64,000 nucleotides of DNA from Leucoraja erinacea (Eukaryota), in contig NC_073415.1 in assembly GCF_028641065.1 (NCBI RefSeq), positions 9,176,001 to 9,240,000 of the forward strand. The letters run 5' to 3'. The position numbers and the translations under genes are program-made. The notes beneath the pieces were generated by a model that had not been told where the DNA came from, ran no database searches, and was given only the letters and a program-made list of their open reading frames with translations. Shown piece by piece: positions 1 to 12,000 of this stretch (its first letter is position 1; each line of letters begins with the position of its first letter).

Positions 1-217
1 ACGGGGTAGGGAGAGGGAGAGGAGGGGGGGAGGAGGAGGGGGAGAGGGAGAGAGAGGGGAGAGGGGGGGGGAGGGAGGGAGAGAGGGAGGGAGGGGGAGG
101 GGGAGGGGGAGGGGAGGGGGAGAGGGGAGAGGGGGGGAGAGAGGAGGGGGGGAGGAGGGGAGAGGAGGAGAGAGGGGAGGAGAGGAGGGGGGGGGAGAGG
201 GGGGGGGGGGCGAGAGG
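1..217. repeat. GA-rich polypurine low-complexity tract ending at an assembly gap (N 218-516)
   Basis: Almost purely G/A sequence (ggag/gagg/gggg units), followed directly by an N run. Confidence 0.9.
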
Positions 218-594
218 NNNNNNNNNNNNNNNNNNNNNNNNNNNNNNNNNNNNNNNNNNNNNNNNNNNNNNNNNNNNNNNNNNNNNNNNNNNNNNNNNNN
301 NNNNNNNNNNNNNNNNNNNNNNNNNNNNNNNNNNNNNNNNNNNNNNNNNNNNNNNNNNNNNNNNNNNNNNNNNNNNNNNNNNNNNNNNNNNNNNNNNNNN
401 NNNNNNNNNNNNNNNNNNNNNNNNNNNNNNNNNNNNNNNNNNNNNNNNNNNNNNNNNNNNNNNNNNNNNNNNNNNNNNNNNNNNNNNNNNNNNNNNNNNN
501 NNNNNNNNNNNNNNNNCCAGCCCCCCATCCATCTCTTACATGCAGATGAAGAAAGCAATGGACAGTGGGTGCCAATCCAACAGCTGGCCCCATG

Positions 595-685
595 GTCTGA
601 AGAAGGGTCTCCACCCAAAATGTTATCCATTTCTTCTCTCCAGAGATGCTGCCTGACCCGCTGAGTTACTCCAGCATTTTGTGTC
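595..685 (+). mobile_element. Short Penelope-type terminal-repeat element with a degenerate hammerhead core
   Basis: ctgaagaagggtctccacccaaaatgtt...ccagagatgctgcctgacccgctgagttactccagcattttgtg; same family as dozens of other copies in the window. Confidence 0.75.
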
Positions 686-1008
686 ACTCTGGCAACCGCA
701 TTGCTACATTATGACCACCATCATCCCATCCGAATGGGCTTTGCCATGTAGATGTTATAGTGTGAGCCAGAGTTTCTGCTCAAGTCACTAGTATCTAACT
801 AAGCTTTATAAATTACTGGAGAGTTCCAGGATTTTGGTGATCCACTGTTCTATAACTGAGATGTGATGTCGGAACCATCAGCAAAACTGACATCAATGTT
901 GTGTGCATGGTACAACTATAGTGATACTGTCTGCATTCAACTGTGAGGCTAACTCTACAATCTGACAATTGAAAAAAAACAACTCCTTTCAACACAAGCA
1001 GCCAAATA

Positions 1009-1024
1009 CCGCCACCTGGTGGTC
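1009..1024 (-). promoter_or_regulatory. Candidate CTCF binding site
   Basis: The reverse complement, GACCACCAGGTGGCGG, matches the CTCF core CCASYAGRKGGCRS and lies in non-repetitive sequence. Confidence 0.5.
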
Positions 1025-1564
1025 CTAAAGCATTAACGCCACGGTACATTTATTTTCCTATACCTGTACAACCCTTTATTCATGTGGGAACAGTATAGAC
1101 GACACCCATATTTAAGAAGTTGGGAATGGGGGGGGGGGTCCGTACCTGTTAGAGTCTGTGAGTGATTTTTTTTCTGAATCTCACATTTTTATCTCAGCTC
1201 AAAGAATAATCCAACATGGGAGAAATCTCACACTTCCACTGACTCCAAGGGTCAAACATGAAAGGAGGACCTTGTTCTTTGCAAAAAGTTAATTAACAAA
1301 CTTCAATCAGCTCACTTTTGTTTCTTTACTCTTCTACATAATTTAAAATAAGATTTGAAGAAACTCAGTGGGTCAGGCAGCATCTGCAGAGGGGACCTGC
1401 GCTGAAACATCGCCTGTCCATTCCCTCCACAGATGCTGCCTGACCCACTGAGTTCATCCAGCACTTTGGTTTTGCTCAATTCCACCATCTGCAAAGACTC
1501 ATAGACATGTATCACAAATAACACAGAATACAATGTATTTGGTGTCATTTGTGACATAGTGGGT

Positions 1565-1916
1565 TATACCCTGAAAAACCCCGGGCATCCCCTCCATGTA
1601 ATTCTGGAGAGTCAAAAGAGCACTCGGAACAACAACTGGCTCCTCTCCCTGCCCTGTAGAACGGAGCGGTTCAGGAGATCCTTCACCCCTGCAGCCATTA
1701 GATTTTATAATTCGGACCGCTAGGCTGTAGGGGGATGCATTTTTTTGCAATTTTTAATTTTTAATTGTTAATTATTGGTCTTTTTAAGTATTTATTGCTC
1801 TCAGGTAGTGTCCACAGTGTATTCTATGTATTTTCTGTCTGCGTTTGTTTTGAATCTGTGTGTTTGTTGGTTGGGGGCTTCTGGACATCTGAATTTCCCT
1901 GAGGGGATCAATAAAG

Positions 1917-1948
<32 letters not shown>
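1565..1948 (+). mobile_element. Rex1/Babar-like LINE 3' fragment with an (ATT)n tail
   Basis: Translates to HPLHVILESQKSTRNNNWLLSLPCRTERFRRSFTPAAIRFYN, resembling the Rex1-type ORF C-terminus, then aataaa followed by (tat)n at ~1919-1948. Confidence 0.6.
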
Positions 1949-1953
<5 letters not shown>

Positions 1954-3779
1954 CAGACCAGGATGAGCTTCAGATCGTCAAAATATTATTTATTTCCCTT
2001 TTTACACACATCTCAAATCAAAGGCATCAGTGTTCCGCAGGTCACGCTCTCAACTTTGAGTCAGCAGGTTAAATCCCAATCCCACATCAGAGACTTGAAC
2101 ATAAAAAAAGTCCGACATTCCAGTGCAACATGAGGGAACGCTCTGTGATAGGGGTGGGAGTGTAGGCTCTGGCTTACAGATGAGATGTCAAACCAAGGCC
2201 CCATCTGTTGTCTTGGGTGGTCTGAAAAGATCCCATTGTAATACTTCAAAGAACAGAACAGTTCTGGTCTATACTTATCCTACAATCAACATCACTGAAG
2301 TATATTATCAGTTCTTCATAACAAAGCAGTTCTTGTGAACCAACAGTTCATGAACTGACCTCCATGTTTACTACATAACACATCACCAGACTCTAACAAT
2401 ATTCACTAGAAACGAAAGGTAATGTAATGAAAAATATATTAAAATGGACGCTTTAAGTACTTGGCTGAACAAACAGAATCAGTGGAGAGGGAAACAGAGT
2501 TTGCATTTCAGAATGATAATCAGAAATATAGGTTTCAGCTTGCAGATTCCATCACGTCCTCTGAATATACAGAAAACTGCATAGTAAAGTGACAGCTGTG
2601 TACCAAACTGAAATAAGTAATCGCTACTTCACCTGAAAATGTGGTCCTGAGCAATTTGTAAGAGAGGCGATAAACTTCACGTGATGAGCCTTTTATGCCT
2701 GAATGGGAAGAAAAGAAAGGATGTAGTGATGATAGAGTCCCTTGAAGGAAGCATCTCCTTACATTTGTTGGAGTAACTCAGCGGGACAGGCAGCATCTCT
2801 GGATAGAAGGAATTTTAGGTTGGTGAGGTGGAAGATGAGGACAAAAAGTCCCCTATCCTGGTTCTGGGAGGGAGTGATTGAGAAGGGGATGAGAGCAGAA
2901 GTCTGGGAAGTGGTTGTCAACTAGTGGAGGGGAACCCTAAATATTAAAAATTAAGGATGACATGCGAGACAGCTGATTCCATCTGAACAGGTGTAATGGA
3001 GATGAAGAAACTAGGAGAATAAAATACTTTTAGGAAGTGATTTGAGAGGGGATGTAGAAGTGCGGATCCGATGGTCAACAGTGGAAAGGTGAATGGCAGA
3101 ATCATTATCAAAACTTGCTATATGAAACAATGGGACAGTGGCTATGATCTAAAATTGTTCAATGTGGTCTAAACGTCAGTGATGTTTCTTCACCTGTCTC
3201 ACAATCCTACCTTGCGCCCTGCACTATCAACTGTTTTGTCCTTTCATACATTAACAAACGGGATATTACATATGTCAAACCTGCATTTTTTTTAGCTTGT
3301 ATCCAGCAGGACATATAAAGTCAAATCAGTTAATGCATGTCATGTATTTGGGAGTTCAGAAATCTTAGGTGCAACACAAAAGATGGGAGTACATGGAATG
3401 TAAGTGGTGATGGGAATGCAAAGAAACAGTGGAAATAGGTATATGAGCTACAAATTAGGACCAGGACAATCCCACTTGATGCCTTGAGCCTGCTCCACCA
3501 TTCAATATAATCACAACTGATCTGACTAACCTTAACTGCTCATTCTCACCTAGCCACAGTAATTTTTCACCCTCTTGCATCAAGTATCCATCAATCTCTG
3601 CCTTAAAAATAATTTGCAGGAGATGCACAGATGCAATCCTTCACCACAATCTTAAATGGTTTTTAACACAAGTTCAGTTTACTGTCATGTGTACCGAGGT
3701 GCAGTGAAAAACATCAACCTCCTAGTTCTAGATTCTTCCACAAGGAGAACCATCTTCTCCACATCTACCCTAAACCTTA

Positions 3780-4100
3780 AACTGGCCCTTCGACCCAAAT
3801 TGCCCACACCGACCAACATGTCCCATCTACACCAATCCGACCTACCTGCGTTTGGCCCATATCCTTCTAAATCGTCCTATCCATTACCTGTCTAAATGTT
3901 TCTTCAACTTTGAGATAGTACCTGCCTCAACTACCACCTCCAGCAGCTCACTCCATATACCCACCTCACTTTGTGTGAAAAAGTGACCCCTTTAGTTCCT
4001 ATTACATTTTTTCTCCTCACATTAATCTACGTCCTCCGGTTCTCAATTCCCCTACTCTGGGCAAGAGACTGTGCATCTACCCGACCTATTCCTCTCATGA
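3780..4100 (-). mobile_element. CR1 LINE 3' fragment
   Basis: Same family as 35790-36177 (ggcccttcgaccc...cctacctgcgtttggcccatatcc...cttgtgtgaaaaagt...ctactctgggcaag). Confidence 0.65.
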
Positions 4101-4729
4101 TTTTGAGCTGAATGAAATAAATAACATATATGAGAGATGCTGCCTGACCCGCTGAGCGACTGTGCAGGAAGGACCTGCAGATGCTGGTTTACACCGTAGA
4201 CACAAAATGCTGGAGTAACTCAGCGGGACAGGCATCATTGGAGAGAAGAAATCACTCTTTGTGTGGTAGCTGTGTGGAATGAGCTTCAAACGGAAGTGGT
4301 GGAGGCAGGTTTGATGTTATCATTTAAAAATAAATTGGATAGTTATATGGACGGGAAAGGAATGGAGGGTTATGGTCTGAGTGCAGGTTAGGGACCAGGT
4401 GAGAGTAAGTGTTCGGCACGGAATAGAAGGGCCGAGATGGCCTGTTTCCGTGCTGTAATTGTTATATGGTTAAATTGGTATTGTTTCGGGCGTAGACACT
4501 GCATTTTGTGTCCTTACTGAAACCTAATTGTCACCTCTAACTTTTCCCAGTACTGGGGACGGCGGCGAGCTTCAAAATTCTTCTCTCTCTCTCTCTCTTT
4601 TCTTTTTTTTCCCCTTTCTTTTTCTTCCCTTCCTCCAACCGGGTGTCTGCAGCCATCTCTGTTGCATATTCCAAGTATGCATTGTTTCAAGCTCGTATTG
4701 TGGGGCTTTATATTTGCAATTAAGTGAAG

Positions 4730-5045
4730 GACGTGCGCCTGGAGGTGGGAGGTGATTGCAGGCCCCACTGGTTGCTAGGGAGGGCGCGCCTGCGCACTAG
4801 GCAGCTGCGAGAGGGCCGGAGGTAAGGATGCGACTTCCGCTGACGGGTTGCTGTAGAAACCGGGCCTTGCACCGCGGGCCTCCTCGACCCTCACGCTTTC
4901 CTGTCCTGGTTGCCCAGGGAGGGGTCTAAACTCACCGCAGCAATCGAACTTTGGGCCTAGGAAGGCTTCAACCCCAGGCCCCGGGACCACTCTGCCGTGG
5001 GTCAGCGGTCGGGCACACTTTTCTCACTCCTACCCGTTGCGCCTC
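4730..5045 (+). promoter_or_regulatory. CpG-rich promoter and probable non-coding first exon of YJU2B (donor GGAG|gtaagg, intron starting at 4822)
   Basis: Local CpG enrichment; NRF1-like CGCGCCTGCGCA at 4785-4796; ETS-like ACTTCCG at ~4833-4839; the downstream ATG exon has its own acceptor at 6011-6013. Confidence 0.6.
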
Positions 5046-6066
5046 CACTGGCCCAGAGCTTATATTCTCTTAAAATAGACACAAAGTGCTGGAGTAACTT
5101 AGCGGGTCTCTGGAGAGAAGGAATGTGTGACGTTTCTGGTCGAGACCCTTCTTCTTTTCCCTCACCCTGGTTAGGGATCAGGCGCCTCTTGTAGTCGTGG
5201 TACTGATTGTGGATGATCAGCCATGATCACATTGATTGGCGGTGCTGGCTCGAAGGGCCGAATGGCCAACTTTTGCACCTATTGTCTATTGATTAGGGTT
5301 TCTACCTTATTCCCACCCCTAATCCTGTTCCCCTCTTCCCTCCACTCTCGGGCAGTAGTTGGTGTCTACAATCTGTGGACATGAGCAATAGCAGTCAATG
5401 CATTGTGGATCCTCTTAACTTTCAACTACCTTCCTTGTACAGCATACCCCTCCACCTATTCCTGATAGCCCTTTTCTCGTCTGAACAGCAGCATGTCTAT
5501 CACTCTCAGGCCATCATCTTTTTGTGCCCCCCTCCCCCCATAGTTACCGTGAAGGACATGTCCCCAAAATAATCCAATGGGATTCATCTCTGGATTTGTA
5601 CATGATTTCAGTGAATGTGAATGTGAAACAGAATCAGAAGTAGACCTTTCACACAGCCCCATGATTCAGTAAGATTATGGCTGGCCTTAACATCCACAGT
5701 ACTTTCCTTACACTAACAAAATGTCCTTGGACATAGTTGATATTACTTACTAATTTATTGAGCACTTTTTTGATTATAGCCAGCAACGGAGGGTTTGCAG
5801 TCCTCTGGTTCACATGGGAGTTCACTCTCTTTATTCCTGATTACCATCCACACCTCAACTTTCTGAGATCATATCTGTTTTATCACATTGTGCTGGGCTG
5901 AGAAAAAAAAAACAAGGAAAGGAATTCAAGTTCTCTCAGTGAAAAAAAAAGTGGATGAAATGTTAGTATAATACACTGTAAATGTGCTTTCATGTTTCTT
6001 TCTGTTTATTCAGTGTATTGGAGTGTAGAAGAACCTGGTGGAGTTGGACTAAGCACAGAATAAGCA

Positions 6067-9000
6067 ATGGTAAGTCTGGTGGCAGTGTTTCATGTTTTGA
6101 AAGTGATTGGGAAGTTTTAGTGATCTGGCTTTATACTTTTAAACAAACAAGAACCTGGAACAAAGATTGAGACGTTCTAATAATTTGTAGTTAGCGACCT
6201 TTCTCTTTGTGATCCTATCTCCTAAATCTGACAGCATCTAGATTCTGTTGACCTTAAGCTGGTTACTGATTGAGCCTCAAAACTATATCATGTGAAAGCA
6301 TTTATATAATTTGAATGTGGATGGGAATTTCAATATTTCCCTTCAAAATTGGAACACAATTTGCCCCATTGAGTGTATGCTTGCTCAGAGCATTCCCATC
6401 ACGCCACTGATTTTCCTTTTAATTTATTTTCCCTACATTTCCATCAACATCCCAAATTCTACTACCAGCCTAATTTACTAGGAGGGTAATTACTAGCGGT
6501 AATTTACTAGGGGTAAATTATAGTGGCCACATAGTCACGGGGAGAACATGCAAACTCCATATTGATAGTGCCCAACCCAGGTGACTATTTGTGTTCCAGC
6601 CACAGAAACAGTTATACAATCAAACATTACAATCATAGAAAATGGGTGCAGGAGGAGGCCATTCATTGTGATCATGGCTGATCGTCCACAATCAATAACC
6701 CGTGCCTGCCTTCTCCCCATATCCCTTGATTCCACTAGCCCCATGAGCTATAGAAACATATCGCTCCACACTTTTAAATTTCTACTCCTTCAGATCTATA
6801 CACTGTAAATGACTTGATTGAAATCATGTGTTTGTCTGGTTAGAACGCAACAAAAAACTTTTCACTGTACCTCGGTACACGTGACAATAAACTAAATTGA
6901 ACTAAACTGAAACTGAACTCCACTGTTGAATCCTTGTTGATTGATATTCTGCTAGTGCTACCTAATGAAGAGCAGCTTTAAGATCCAGACGGTGATACAT
7001 TCTCAAGAATCACTGCATCTGGGGAGGAAGGGAAGGGTGTGTTTTAAGGAAAAGGGCATTTTTAATCATAGTTGTTATTTTTTCTTCTACAGGGTGAACG
7101 GAAGGGTGTGAATAAATATTACCCACCCGACTTTGATCCTGCCAAGGTTAGTGTTTATTGTGTGCGAGGTGAAACACTGAACATCAAGCAAAAATTAAAA
7201 TGGTATCCACAGGAAAGGTGTGGAGCAATGTATTGTACCACAGCTTTCATTTCTGTATATAGCATCTTTAAACATAAGAATATAATGGGAGCAGTCCTTA
7301 ACATGTACAAGAATATAATGGGAGCAGTTCTTAACGTGTACCTGAGAGTTTTAGAGTATTCTTGATTCTGAGACTTTCCAGGCCACAGTTCTTGTGGGTG
7401 CTTGCATAGCTGCGACTTTAGCTTTACCTTCGTGATTTGGAAGAAGGATCTTTTAGCCCAAAGTAACCAGGACTATTCCAAATTTCCAGAGGCCTAATTA
7501 TTTCACAAAATCCAGGACAATCAGGAGAAATCTGGGCATTTCCCAGTTAGAAAATAGCTCCTCAAACCTCTGCCATTCAGCAAGAAAAGGCGATTCCTGA
7601 TCTTGAGCATTTCCTGTCTGAACCCCTTAACTCTCCTACAGCACAACAACCCTTTGCTCCATGTTTTTAATTTATTTCAATAAGTAATATTTTGCTAGTT
7701 TCTTAAAAGGTCTTCTCACGTGAATCCTAAATGGTAAACCCATTATCTTGAATATTATCCCACACATTTAGACGCACCAGTTACAGGAGGCATTCTCAGT
7801 GTTCCTGTGCCAATCTCTCTCAGAATCATGAAGGAACAAGGAACGGAACATGCTGGTTTACAATAAAGGTCAAACAGGACTGGAGCAACTCAGTGGGTCA
7901 GGCAGTATCTCTGGAGAACATGGATAGGTGATGTTTTGGGTTTGGACCCTTCAGTCCTATCCATATTCCCGCTGAGTTACACCAGCACTCTGAAACGTCA
8001 CCTGTCCATGTTCTCCAGAGATGCTGCCTGGCCCACTGAGTTACTCCAGCCCTTTTCTTTTTTTTTCTCTCAGAATTCAACATGTTTCTACAAAATCTTA
8101 TTATTCTGAACTCCAGTGAACACAGGCCAATTCTACTTGACCTATTTTAAAAGCCTCCTTATTCCATGAAATCACACTGCACTGCCTCCAATGCAAGTGT
8201 GGCGTATTTTGAATTCAGGGAGAAAAATAACAATATCCCACAGTACATTGCAAGAGGGCTACCAAACAGTCTTGGTTAAGTGGAAGTAGCTGTGTTTGGA
8301 TGAATAACATGGTCTGTGAATAAGTTTTGTCTTATATTTTCCTTGTGTTTTCTCCGTCTTTTTAACCTGACAGCATGGCTCCCTCAACAAATACAAGAAC
8401 AGTCATCCTCTCCGGGAAAGGGCCCGGAAACTATCCCAAGGCATCCTCATCATCCGGTAAGTTTCCTGCATTTGTTTTATATTCTAAGCTACCTGTTGTG
8501 CTGTATTTGCATGCCTGGTGTGGGGGTGCCCAGTATTCAGTCTGGTGTCCCGTTGAATAGAACAGTACACAGCGTACGAACGGGCCCCTCGGCCCACAAG
8601 GTTTGTACCGAACATGATGCCAAGTTCGACTGATCTCATTTGCCTGTATGTGATCCATAGCCTTCTATTCCCTGCACTTCCATGTGCCTATCCAAAAGCC
8701 TTTTAACACCACTATCGTATCGTATCTGCCTCCATCACCACCCGTCACATCGTGTTCCAGGCCCTCACCACTCTCCATACAAAAATAAACTTGTCCTGCA
8801 TATCTCCATTCAGCTTACCCCTCTCACCTTATCGCAATGCCAACTAGTGCCGGACATTTCCACCCTGAAGACCGACTACCCTATCTATGCCTCTCATAAT
8901 GTTATGTTTCTATCAAGTCTTCCCTCAAACTTTAATATACCTCTTAGAATACCCTGATTGAGAGTTCACCCCAAGGTACTAATATCTCCAGTGTTCTCTC

Positions 9001-12000
9001 TGTGTTCAGCTTGGTTCCCATTGCAGGGTCAAATAGTCTGGTGGTGCTTACACAGTGGTCTTTTGAGCAAAGACACGGACAATGGCCCACTCATATGCAA
9101 TGCCATTCTCGTTTAGTTGGATGTTGATCAGTAACCAAATCAATTCCTTTCTCAAAGGTTTGAGATGCCATACAACATCTGGTGTGATGGTTGTGGAAAG
9201 CACATCGGAATGGGTAAGACAGGGGACTTTTAATTAATATGTAAGAATTTGTAAAAAATAATCAAGGACGAGTCACACCTCGGCCACTCCCTCTTCTCCC
9301 CTCTCACATCGGGTAAAAGATATAGAAGTGTGAAAACGCACACCTCCAGATTCAGGAACAGTTTCTTCCCAGCTGTTATCAGGCAACTGCACCACCCTAA
9401 CAACTAAAGGGCAGTGCTGAGCCACTATCTACCTCACTGGTGGCCATCCGACAATCTTTGATCAGACTTTACTGGACTTTATCTTGAACTAAACGTTATT
9501 CATGTTATTCCCTTTATCGTGTATCTGTACACAGTAAATGGCTCGATTGTAAACATGTATTGTCTTTCTGCTGACTGTATAGCACGCAACAAAAGCTTTT
9601 CACTGTACTTGGTACGCATGTAAATAAACTAAACTGATACGAAGAATGTTTTATGGAACAGAGAAAACTTTACCTTGAAGTCGGAGATTATGGGGAGAAG
9701 GCAGGAGAATGGGGTTAGCAGGGAGATAGATCAGCCGTGATTAAATGGCGGAGTAGACTCGATGGGCCGAATGGCCTAATTTTACTCCTATCACATATGA
9801 TCTTGTGACATACTACTAGAGTTTCCCTGGGGTGGTTGAATGCAACAGTGGAACTTTAGCTTTTGTCAGTTGGTGACCGTGATCTTTTTGGTTCCAGGTG
9901 TTCGGTACAATGCAGAGAAGAAGAAAGTTGGGAAACTACTACACAACCCCCATTTACAGGTACCACTAGTTTTTTGTTTTTTTTGTAATTCACCGCAGCT
10001 GCTGCACTGCCAAGTCAAGACAAAGTAATCGTCCATGATTAATGCTTAAGTAAAACTAACCTTTAGAGGTGGCACAGTGGTGCAACTGGTAGAGCTGCCT
10101 CATAACTCCAGAGACCCAGGTTCGATCCTGACCTCTATGTGGCATGTGCATGTTCTCCCTGTGACCATATAAGTTTTCTCCGGGTGCTCTGGTTTTCTCC
10201 CACATCCCACAGCAGCACCTCATACTTCGCTTGGGTAGTTTACACCCCAGCGGTATGAACATTGACTTCTCCAATTTCGTTCTATCCTCCCTGCGGTTTA
10301 GTCAGGGTTTATGTCCTTGTCTCTCTCAGTATATATTACTTGTGATGGGGTGGGAGGGATAGATGGATCGATGGGTCTCTTGGGCTGTGCTTTAGTGAAT
10401 TACAATATTGATATTGCAGATTTCGGATGAAGTGCCACTTGTGTGTCAACTATATTGAGATGCAGACAGACCCAGCGAACTGTGACTATGTGATTGTGAG
10501 TGGAGCCCGGCGGAAGGAGGAGCGCTGGGACATGAAGGACAACGAGCAGATTCTCACAACTGGTACGTAACCAGGGAGTTGTTGGTGGAGGGAGACTGGA
10601 AACCGGAAGCAACTTCTTGCATATTGTCAACTTAAATTGGTATGGGGTGGTGGGGGGGCTAAAATACATTGGGAAAATTGGTCAAATGGTTTGCCAGTTG
10701 ACAAATAATAACAGATGTATACCAGCATCTGCAGTTCCTTCCTCCACATAATTAACTACAGAATAGGTTGTATGTGTGTGACCTTCTGCTTGAACTTGTC
10801 CTTTATTCGTACACCTATAATGTGGAATAGTTGTTTTTGCTCCATCAAAGTTGGTGTTGTGGCAAGGGGTGAGTCTTGTGCTCCCTGCATTTAATCATGA
10901 TGTGGCCACTCATTCTTCAGACCATGAACAGAAGAAGAAGTTGGAAACGGATCCCATGTACAAGCTAGAACATGGAGTAGGGGACCAGGAGAAGCTGAAG
11001 ATTGCTGTTCCCACCTTGTCCAATATCCAGGATATGCAGAGTGCATGGAAGGATGACTTTGCCATCAACAGCATGCTACGCAAGAAATTCCGGGTAGGCC
11101 ATGCTCTAACTATCACAGTAAGGGAACAATGCTGCAGCATGGAATCCCGTTGCTGCAACTCTATGCTGATTCAGTCTTTATTCCTTCTCCCCAGAAATAT
11201 GAGTAGTTCACAGCTCGCCCATTAAATACCACGGGTTAGTGTGTAAAGCTTCTCCCACGAGGACTCATCATTGAAGGGATGCCCCCTCCCCTCCTTCCAC
11301 CATGCTGTGTTATTACTAAGGAAAACCAGTCAAGATAGTCACTAAATCCATCACTGACCATTTTTGGTTCTTTTAGTGCTTTTTTTCATGCCTAAATAGG
11401 GAAAATGTTGGATACATTCGACAGGATAAGCAACAATTAATAGATGTTAAATGTACTGAAACTTTAATTCTGCTTCGCACTTCATAGTTCTTGCCTGACC
11501 CTAATGTTACCTGATTTTTGTTTACTTCAGATTCGCGGCATCAGTGGGATTTAGCTGTTTTAAATTCTACCAACTCCTGTGAATCATGCCACTTCAATGG
11601 CTTTGCTCTGTTCCCTCCCCCCCCCCCCCCCCCCAGAATATTGATTATATATTTGGTTTACCTTACCTTAGGATGAGAAGAAAGTATTGAAAGAGACGGA
11701 AGAGAAAGATGAAGCTCTTCGGAACAAAGCAAATCTCAGCATCCCACTGCTCGAGGAGTCTGACGAAGATAAACGCCTGGCATCCCTTCTTAAATTGCGT
11801 GTTCTAGACTGTAAGTTGAGAGAAAATGAACTCTGTTCAACTGATGAATCAAATAGTGCCAGTGCCCATCCTCAATTGGGATTACACTTTGGAGATTTTG
11901 TCTGCAAATGTTAGCAGTCAATATCTGGGGTCGGGACCCTACTGGAATAGTGTGGTCGCCATGCTATTGATGGCGAACGTCACTTGTCTACAACCTAGGC

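Noticed and set aside
1040-1310. Possible minus-strand exon with a donor near 1145
   Set aside because: No recognisable peptide or partner exons, so it cannot be supported.
11655-11671. Possible U12-type branch point (ttaccttaccttag) in a YJU2B intron
   Set aside because: The matching donor is gtaggc, not GTATCCTT or ATATCCTT; no minor-class donor was seen in any reconstructed gene.
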